Assembly: GCF_009914755.1 (NCBI RefSeq)
Contig: NC_060936.1
From: the human T2T-CHM13v2.0 reference genome, Homo sapiens
Strand: one strand, 5' to 3'
Length of the DNA stretch: 64,000 nt
A program made the translations under genes and the position numbers. The notes beneath the pieces are model-generated. The model was not told the origin of the DNA. It saw nothing but the letters and a program-made list of their open reading frames with translations, and made no database searches. Every line of letters begins with the position of its first letter. Position 1 is the stretch's first letter. Below are positions 55,705 to 64,000 of the stretch, in pieces.

Positions 55705-57331
55705 GCATCGGGAAACCACTGGGCGCCCACCCCGGGGAGGGTTTCCACCTCAGCTGGGCGTCCTGAAGCCACTGGGTGCCCACCCCGGGGAGGGTTTCCA
55801 CCTCAGCTGGGCATCGTGAAGCCACTGGGCGCCCACCCCGGGGAGGGTTTCCACCTCAGCTGGGGCGTCCTGAAGCCACTGGGCGCCCACCCCGGGGAGG
55901 GTTTCCACCTCAGCTGGGCATCGTGAAGCCACTGGGCGCCCACCCCGGGGAGGGTTTCCACCTCAGCTGGGCGTCCTGAAGCCACTGGGCGCCCACCCTG
56001 GGGAGGGTTTCCACCTCAGCTGGGGTGTCCTGAAGCCACTGGGAGCCCACCCCGGGGAGGGTTTCCACCTCAGCTGGGCGTCCTGAAGCCACTGGGCGCC
56101 CACCCTGGAGAGGGTTTCCACCTCAGCTGGGCATCCTGAAGCCACTGGGTGCTCACCCTGGAGAGGGTTTCCACCTCAGCTGGGCATCCTGAAGCCACTG
56201 GGCGCCCACCCCGGGGAGGGTTTCCACCTCAGCTGGGCATCGTGAAGCCACTGGGCGCCCACCCCGGGGAGGGTTTCCACCTCAGCTGGGCGTCCTGAAG
56301 CCACTGGGTGCCCACCCCGGGGAGGGTTTCCACCTCAGCTGGGCATCGTGAAGCCACTGGGCGCCCACCCCGGGGAGGGTTTCCACCTCAGCTGGGCGTC
56401 CTGAAGCCACTGGGTGCCCACCCCGGGGAGGGTTTCCACCTCAGCTGGGCGTCCTGAAGCCACTGGGTGCCCACCCCGGGGAGGGTTTCCACCTCAGCTG
56501 GGCATCGTGAAGCCACTGGGCGCCCACCCCGGGGAGGGTTTCCACCTCAGCTGGGCGTCCTGAAGCCACTGGGTGCCCACCCCGGGGAGGGTTTCCACCT
56601 CAGCTGGGCATCGTGAAGCCACTGGGCGCCCACCCCGGGGAGGGTTTCCACCTCAGCTGGGCGTCCTGAAGCCACTGGGTGCTCACCCTGGAGAGGGTTT
56701 CCACCTCAGCTGGGCGTCCTGAAGCCACTGGGTGCTCACCCCGGGGAGGGTTTCCACCTCAGCTGGGCATCCTGAAGCCACTGGGCGCCCACCCTGGAGA
56801 GGGTTTCCACCTCAGCTGGGGCGTCCTGAAGCCACTGGGTGCCCACCCCGGGGAGGGTTTCCACCTCAGCTGGGGTGTCCTGAAGCCACTGGGTGCTCAC
56901 CCCGGGGAGGGTTTCCACCTCAGCTGGGGTGTCCTGAAGCCACTGGGTGCTCACCCCGGGGAGGGTTTCCACTTCAGCTGGGGTGTCCTGAAGCCACTGG
57001 GTGCCCACCCCGGGGAGGGTTTCCACCTCAGCTGGGGTGTCCTGAAGCCACTGGGTGCTCACCCTGGAGAGGGTTTCCACCTCAGCTGGGGTGTCCTGAA
57101 GCCGCTGGGCGTCCTTAAGCCACTGGGCGCCCACCCTGGAGAGAGTTTCCACCTCAGCTGGGCGTCCTGAAGCCACTGGGTGCTCACCCTGGAGAGGGTT
57201 TCCACCTCAGCTGGGGTGTGCTGAAACCACTGGGCGCCCACCCCGGGGAGGGTTTCCACCTCAGCTGGGCGTCCTGAAGCCACTGGGTGCTCACCCTGGA
57301 GAGGGTTTCCACCTCAGCTGGGGTGTCCTGA
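55705..57331. repeat. GC-rich minisatellite/VNTR, 30 units of 53-54 bp
   Basis: Consensus GAAGCCACTGGGCGCCCACCCCGGGGAGGGTTTCCACCTCAGCTGGGCGTCCT; 30 TTTCCAC cores counted; one truncated unit near 57095-57115. Confidence 0.98.
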
Positions 57332-57692
57332 GGATTTCTCTCGCTTAGGCTGGAGGGGAATGCCAGCTTCCCCATTTGGCCATTGAGAAGAAAGTCATCT
57401 CTCATTTATGTGATGAAAATATTAGACACTGAAAAAGGACTTTTGGTTTCTACATTGTTTTTTGGGTCTTAGACTCTCTTATGCTTTGAAAATATGTCTT
57501 TTTGCATAGGGTGGTTAATTCTTGATCAGAAAATCCACCCACCCATCAACATCTGAATTCATTCGCGATTGCCTTTTTAAAAAGTTTTCCCACAATTTTG
57601 AATTCAGTGCTCTGCTCGTTATCTTCCCCACTTCTCACATTTCTTTGTCACCATGCTCTTCCCACAAGGACTTTGTCTTAATACAGCACAAC

Positions 57693-57910
57693 CTGTGTTG
57701 CCCAGTGTGGGCGCCTCTAGCCACATGTGACTATCTGAATGTACCGTAATTGAAAATTAAGTAAAATGCAAAATGCATTTTGTCAGACGTGCTAGCTACA
57801 TTTCAGGTGCTCAGGAGCTGCGTATGACTGGTAGCAAGGGCTCCGTAATCCAGCCTAGGATTATAGAGCATTTCTATTACTGTAAATGTTGTATTGGACA
57901 GTGTTGCTAT
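57693..57910 (-). mobile_element. MER3-like hAT-Charlie relic
   Basis: CTAGCCACATGTG..ACATTTCAGGTGCTCA..TATTGGACAG matches my recalled MER3 consensus. Confidence 0.7.
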
Positions 57911-59129
57911 AGACTGGTCTATATATCTCAGTCAGGGTTCAGGCCTATAACAGAAACTTCTGTAGCCGTGTTTAGAGGAAAGATAGTACAGGAATTTAGG
58001 GGCTTATACAATAATTGGAAATGCTGCAAGAGCAGGCTTTAGGCCGGGTCTGTGGGAATGATTCCCAAAACAGTGCTGCAGAACAGGCCCCCCGAGGGAA
58101 CTGCGGTTCGGGTACAATTATGAGGCTGGGGGACCTGGAAGCCACTGTGCCAAGGGCTGGCTCTGGGATCACACCGCCTTATGCATGATCCAGGAATCAG
58201 GAAGCCACTGGTGTGGCCCTGCCAGCCAGATACCTGCAAAATAGATGCTTCCCCACCTGACGTAGTTTTGATTCAGTTCTTGATTGGCAAAAGTTGTGTC
58301 AGGAATTCTCGCTCCAAGGGAGGTTGGGAGCCATTGTGTTTAGCCCTCTGGCCCCTGCAGTCCAGCGGGGCACCGTAGGAGGAGGGTGGAAGAGCTGCTG
58401 AGACCGCAAGTTTACCAGCCTCCCACCCACCACATGGTGCTCAGCACACACCATCCTTCCAGAGAGGAGTGCCACTGGGGTTGAGATGACAGGGCCTCGG
58501 GTTATCGTCTGAGATCGAGAGACGGTGTCCTCTCTGTTCACGTCCTCCAGCTATCTGTGTACTGCAATAGATAGGGAAGATTAATGGCCCAGCTTTCTAG
58601 TCATTGGGCCTTTACTGGGTGGAGAAAGTCCGGTTTCTGTTCCAGGTTGTCTGCGATACTCTTAAAGGGAATGCAGGCCCCTTGTCACTACAGCAAGATG
58701 ACAGACAGCAAGAGCCAAGTGGGCTTCTGGGTGACATGTTGGCCTGAGAGAAGGCATTTCCTTTGCCCTGCAGAGATTGCTCAGTGGTCAGGACTTTAGG
58801 GAGAAATTTATTTGCAGTTCTTCCCTTTCTAGGTGTGAGCTGCGGCTGCTCACCCTCTCTAAATCGATGTGGGTGTCTGTGTCTACGAAGGTGGAGGAGT
58901 GACCTGCTTTTGTGCTCACAGAAGGCACCAAGGCCAAGCAGGGTGACTGCTGCTGAAGCAGGCTGGCAGCCCCAGACCTTTTCCTACTCACGGCTGATTG
59001 GGGGGTCCCTTTCCAATGCCAGGGGCGTTGGGCATGTTTATTCAACGGTGGCATGGAGGCAGGGAAGTGGGGAGAACACTGGCAGCTAGTGTTTGAGTTC
59101 TGCTTGTTTGGAGTGGGGGCTTGAAGAAG

Positions 59130-59570
59130 GGATCACCTGAGCCCAAACCTGAAACGTGAGAAGGGATTGCCTAGCAAAGGGCAGAGGGAAGAACATGAAG
59201 GACATTCTAAGTACATGCAAAGGCACTGCGGCAGGCAAGAGCTGAGCATGTCTGAGGCATGAAATGAGCCACTGTGTCAGGAGTGCATTGGACCGGGCCC
59301 AGAGGGGAGTGAGGTGAACTCAGAGAAGTGGGCCAGGGCCAGTCTGTGCAGGTGTTGTAAGCTGTTGACAAGGAGTTTGGATTTTGAAGGGATCTAACTA
59401 GGGGAATGACAGGGCCCAATTTACGAGTTCTGTTTTTAAAAGGTGACTTTGGCTGCTGCATGGAGATTGGCTTGGGGATGGCCAAGAGTGGACTGAGGAA
59501 AAGGGCAGGGTGGCTACTGCAGCACTTGTGGGCAAGAGATAGGTAGTGGCCTGGACTAGGATGGAGATCT
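59130..59570 (-). mobile_element. L2 LINE fragment
   Basis: GCAAAGGCAC..GAGCATGTCTGAGG..AAGGAGTTTGGATTTT..GGCCTGGACTAGG motifs. Confidence 0.7.
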
Positions 59571-60698
59571 TCCTCACAACCCCTTTCCTTAGAACTTCTC
59601 CCCCATGGTTACATCCAAGAAATCAGTAGAAGAGCATATGGCTTGAGAATAAGCCCATTCTTTAGGGGTGGCTGGACTGACTCCAGCAGTGTTCCTTCTA
59701 CAGTGTCACTGTAGTCCACCTTCACCTGTATCATGACAGCATTATCGTTACAGTCCTTAGCAAACTGTGTTGAGCATTTTCTGGGATATGGCCCTGAATC
59801 AGGTGCAGAAATAGAGATGGATTAAAGAAAAAAAAATTGTTTCATCACTGAACACCTTCCAAGTCCCCAGCACCAAGCCCCTCACTCACAGGGGACACCC
59901 AGGAGGCACATGCCACTGACTCCTAACTTGGACTCCTCACTTGGACCCTTGCAGAGCAGAATGACACGAGGCTGGCCAGACCGTGCTGGGGTCCTGCCCT
60001 CATCCTGGTCCCCAGCAGCAGCACCTGGGTGCAGGAGGAGGACGCAGATGCTGTCTTCAGGGGAGCTGGGCCATTTGACAGGTGGGAGGCATTTTCTTAT
60101 GACTGGGGATGAGGTCACTGCTGGGGGCACCTACCTGTTGGTGTGTGGCCTGATCTGCGAGGCAGCTGCTCAGGGCCTTGTTCAGGGGTGGGAGCATCCG
60201 TGGAAACAGCCCAGTCAGACAGAGCCAGAGCAGACTTAAATGGTGGCATCCTTTCAGCTGGCAGCCAGGAGGCTGAGCTTTGAATCAGCTTTATAATTTG
60301 AAAATTGATCTCTTTGCATTGGGTGGTGATTTCGTGCTAACAAAAGCCGTCAGGGACACAATGCTGCCTGCCCTACCTTCATGGCACCACTCTGGATTCA
60401 AAACATTGAGCCAGAGATGGGGATTTTCCACTCCTGGGAGTCTTCGGTAGTTGTGCCACCCTGTTGTGGGTGACCCGGAGATACTGGTAGAACATTTCAA
60501 GTGCTCAGGAGCCACATATGACTGGTAGCCAGGGTATTGGACAGCCTAGGATTATAGAACGTTTCCATTACTGTAAGCATTGTATTAGACAGTGTTGCTA
60601 CAGACTGGTCTATATGTCTGAGGTCAGGGTGGGGATCTACCGCAGTGGGTGGGAAAATTACTTGGAGAACGGGAGGCCCAGGCCCGGAGGTGGTCAGT

Positions 60699-60820
60699 CC
60701 CGAGAGGCCATACCTGTCTCACCCGAGAGGCCACACCTGTCTCACCCGAGAGGCCACACCTGTCTCACCCGAGAGGCCACACCTGTCTCACCCGAGAGGC
60801 CATACCTGTCTGTCTCACCT
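60699..60820. repeat. 23-bp minisatellite, 5 units (CCCGAGAGGCCAYACCTGTCTCA)
   Basis: Unit starts at 60699, 60722, 60745, 60768 and 60791. Confidence 0.97.
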
Positions 60821-62514
60821 GTGTGCGGCTCTGCACTCCTGTGCAGGGCCCTAGTCATGTCATGGGACCGCAGCAATGCGCAGAGCTGCCAGGACCAAAA
60901 TAGTGTAGGTTGTTTTCTTGGCCTCTGGCTAGGGAGAGGTTGACATTCCATTTTTCCCCATGGGCTGGTTCATATGTGCTTTCTCCAGATGGTGTGCTCC
61001 AGAAAGGTCCTTGCGCTCTGGGAATGGTTTACAATAAAAATAAGGTCCCTCATGGAGTTTTGGGAGGGCTCAGAAGGCAGCCCACCAGGATGTGGTTTTC
61101 AGAGCTGCCCCAGGGCTCTGCACAGCCAGCTGCCGTCTTGGTAGCTTCTACCTCGTGCTCCGGGTGCAGGGATGCTCCCCTCACGCAGCTTTTCTGGGTG
61201 GTGGATGTGTTCTCAGGCTGGGGCTTCCTGCCCTCTTTCCAAGTGTTGTCCCCAAACTCCTGGGACTCTTGGTTTTTGGAACTGGCAGCCCGTGTGAGAT
61301 GGGGGGATTAAGGGCAATGCAGGGGGGTGAGTACAAAGATTAAGGTCTGGGGACAGCCGTCTCGGGGGAGGCGTGAGCTGTGGAGGGCTTACCATGAGTG
61401 AATTGGGGGCTGGGAATGCCAACAGTTGGGGACAGGGCAGCTTTTATGTATCTGAGGGAAAAGGAGAAGTTAGTCTGGGAACTAAAATAGTCTATTAAAT
61501 TTTGTCAGTGCCAAACAGAGAGTCTAGGAAGAAAAAATTATATACCACAGATTGAATGGAGCAAAATTAGAGTTCCAGCCTTCCCTGGCAAGCCAGAGAA
61601 GCAGGAGTTGCTCAGTGGCTCCAGTACAGCAGATGGAAACAGGGCGCTTTCCACTTTTGCCTAAGAGGCGCCCCGAGGTTACTGCGGGGGCAGGTGGTGT
61701 AGTGGATGCTGTCACGTGGAGATCATAGTAAACAGAAAGAATGTTCTTGGGGTCAGAAATCCAGCCCCTTGTATCTCGAGGCCTGGAGAAGCCCAGGAGG
61801 AGGCGTGCACCTTGTCTGTCACCATGTACACGAGCACATGTGTGCGTGCATGTGGAGTGTGTGAGAGAGGGCTGAGGAGGCAGGGGTAGAGTCTAGCAGC
61901 TCACCGTGAGCCCTGTGCCTGCTGCAGCAACCCTCCGTCGCCCCATTCTGTGACCTTTAGTGAGTCAGACACTCCTTTGTCTTCTTATGTGTTAAATGGA
62001 GACACGCATGCTTGCTGGGTGTTCAAGCAGTTCTCATGCTTTGGGTGCCTTCATTAATTCCAATGCACTCTTTACATCTTTTCCTGCTGGATCTTATGAG
62101 AAAGGTTAAGGTCCCGGCCTTATTGGGGTCTTCCTCACGTTAGGCTTGGGATCTACACAGTGAGTGCAGGGAGGACAGGGACGAGTTACAGGAGAGATGA
62201 GACGTCTCATTGTAGGGAGTGTCACGTCCTCCGTGAGCCTAAATGTTCTGGTTAATGCAGTTTATCCCTGGGGCAGAGAACAGGAGGAAGGTGAAGGGAA
62301 TATATATGGTGAGGTGAGAGTCGGTGTCACATTGAGAATGTGGCTATGAATTGGGTGTGGCAGAGAGGCAATTTTCCAGGCCTTGAGGAGTGGAGGCGGG
62401 GCTGTAATGCTACAGGGGCCAGATGGCGGTAGAGCAGGTGGCAACTGTTGCGGGACAGGAGGCAGCTGACCAGCTGGTCTCCAAGAGGACCTGAGGGGTC
62501 TTCTTGGGATCATG

Positions 62515-62680
62515 CAGGGGTGGTAGCTATGTGGCATGAGTGATGCCATTCCCTGCCCTTTGTGCCCATGGTGGGCAACACTAATCTATCATCCTCAGAG
62601 TCCCTTAAGTATATAGCATTGTGGACAGTGATGTCAATCAATTGGCATAAAAGTTGAAACTTATTGTCTGTCACTGGTGT
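62515..62680 (-). mobile_element. hAT-Charlie relic (MER117-like)
   Basis: CAGGGGTGG..GTGCCCATGG..ACTAATCTATCA..AATCAATTGGCA..GAAACTTATT is the reverse complement of the 23992-24187 type element. Confidence 0.55.
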
Positions 62681-62754
62681 GATGGAAAGGATATAGACTG
62701 GAGTCCAGCAGAAATGACAGCCCCACCAGGTCCAAGCTTTGGGCACCTACCAAG

Positions 62755-63100
62755 CATATTAGCTCGTTTTTCGGTTGCAAGGGACAGAGACCCAATTCAC
62801 ATTAGCTTTAGCTAAGTCACTTAAGTCACTTAAACATCACAGTGTGTGGGGGAAAATCACTTGGAGAAGGGGAGGCTCAGCCAGCCTTGCAGTACAGCCC
62901 TAATGGAGGTCAGCCCCAAGAGGCCACACCTGTCTCACCTGCCTCACCTGCGTGTGGCTCAGGTAAGGGCTAACTTCAGGTGTGGCTGGATGAGGAATCT
63001 GGTGAGGTTGCTCGGGCTCTGCCTCTGGGGCAGGCTCTCTCTAGGTGAAAATGTTCACATGGCTAAGCCAGGTCATGTGCTCTTCACAGGTTCCTATGGG
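62755..63100 (-). mobile_element. Old MaLR LTR (MLT1-like) fragments, apparently interrupted at ~62815-62960
   Basis: GGTTGCAAGGGACAGAGACCCAATTCA and CTTCAGGTGTGGCTGGAT motifs. Confidence 0.5.
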
Positions 63101-63814
63101 GACGGGGTGGAGGTGGGGGTGATAGGTTCTGGAAAGCAGGTCACATGGGGAGCAAAGTTATCTTGGAGGTCAAACATAGAAGGATCAGCCCAAGATAAGA
63201 GTTGGGGAGGTGGCTGGGAGAGGCGCCAAGTGTTCATCTGTGTCTTAACAGGTGAGGAGAGGGAGGGGGTCAATAAGGTTGAGCCAGCAACCTTAGGACC
63301 CAGCAGCTTCCCTGGAAGACCCTGTGCACATGGACCAGAAAAGGCCACTGTGGGCGGCCTTGGGTGTCATGTATGTGCAACTGGTCTGGCTGCTTCGGCC
63401 ACAGTCTCTGGGCAGCTGAAGTGTCCTCAGATGCCAACCTCACCGCCCACAGTAGCACCCTCTTGTCTGCGGCTTTTCTTGATCCTGCGGCACCTGGCCA
63501 ATTGACTAGCGGTAGCACGTCTCAAGGTCATGCATGTGTTCTGGGAGATTCAGGTTTGGGCCAGGCTGAGCTGATCGCTTGGCAAACCTTACAGACTCTA
63601 GAGCGAGGCATCCAGCCTAACAGGCCAAAGAGTGTTTGCCAAGCATATGTGCTGTCTTAGGGACAGTCTCAGAGGCTTCGTTGCCTAGACACCAGAGCAG
63701 GGCAGCTGTCCCTGCGCAGGTTGGAGCCCTGGGTTGCACTGGTTCCAATCAGGTTTCCTTCCTGACACTGTCCCTCTCCCCTACCCCATCAACCCCTGCC
63801 ACTCACAGCTCCTT

Positions 63815-64000
63815 TTCCCAGATAGCAAATGCTGTCTAATGAATCACCCCAAAACAAAGTGGCTCACAACAGCAGACACCCTGTTACTGCTCAGTCTCTG
63901 TGGCTCAGGAATTCAGGAAGTTCTTGTGTGGGTCAGTAATTCAAAAAGTTACTGATTTGGGGCAGTCCTGACTTGGGGTCTCTCCTGGGGTGGCAGTCAG
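63815..64000 (-). mobile_element. MaLR LTR (MLT1-like), runs off the window
   Basis: ATCACCCCAAAAC..GTGGCTCACAACA..CTGTGGCTCAGGAATTCAGG..GGCAGTCAG. Confidence 0.6.

Noticed and set aside
55736-55750. NF-kB or CTCF site in each VNTR unit (GGGAGGGTTTCC; GCCACTGGGCGC)
   Set aside because: Spacing does not fit GGGRNNYYCC or the 14-bp CTCF core; only half-site resemblance.
55705-57331. Possible CRISPR array, SVA VNTR, or the published CACNA1C 30-mer repeat
   Set aside because: There are no unique spacers and the DNA is eukaryotic. No SVA hexamer, Alu-like or SINE-R parts flank it. Unit length and intron differ from the published 30-mer.
55651-57405. Repetitive ORFs in the VNTR (e.g. WGVLKPLGAHPGEGFHLS repeats, 56679..57170)
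   Set aside because: Frames stay open only where 54-bp units happen to be adjacent; 53-bp units shift the frame. The + strand ORFs have no ATG start and I see no splice support.
62846-63505. 219-aa ORF near the window end
   Set aside because: GTG start, overlaps LTR-derived and duplicated sequence, no recognisable domain, and not CACNA1C exon 2.

Overview
Primate, most likely human, genomic DNA from the CACNA1C (Cav1.2 L-type calcium channel alpha-1C) locus on the + strand. It contains a large CpG-island promoter (~2.3-4.5 kb) and exon 1b. The exon has a long GC-rich 5'UTR plus 49 coding nt (3689-3737, MVNENTRMYIPEENHQ-G) and ends at a canonical AAG|GTAAGG donor. The remaining ~60 kb is the following intron, and exon 2 is not reached. 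No other credible coding sequence is present. The intron carries the usual Alu, L1, L2, MIR, CR1, MaLR-LTR and hAT relics; all subfamily calls are by eye. Most notable observations: (i) a ~1.63 kb GC-rich VNTR of 30 units of 53/54 bp with higher-order structure, a CpG-decay gradient and invariant E-box and NFAT-core motifs, distinct from the known 30-mer CACNA1C repeat; (ii) five upstream AUGs in the exon 1b leader, three of them minimal AUG-NNN-stop uORFs, ahead of a weak-context start codon; (iii) a perfect CRE in the promoter; (iv) a sense-strand (CCTG)11 inside a ~450 bp pyrimidine tract grown from an Alu tail; (v) a local duplication mosaic in which a 23-bp minisatellite arose in only one copy; (vi) a candidate recursive splice site.
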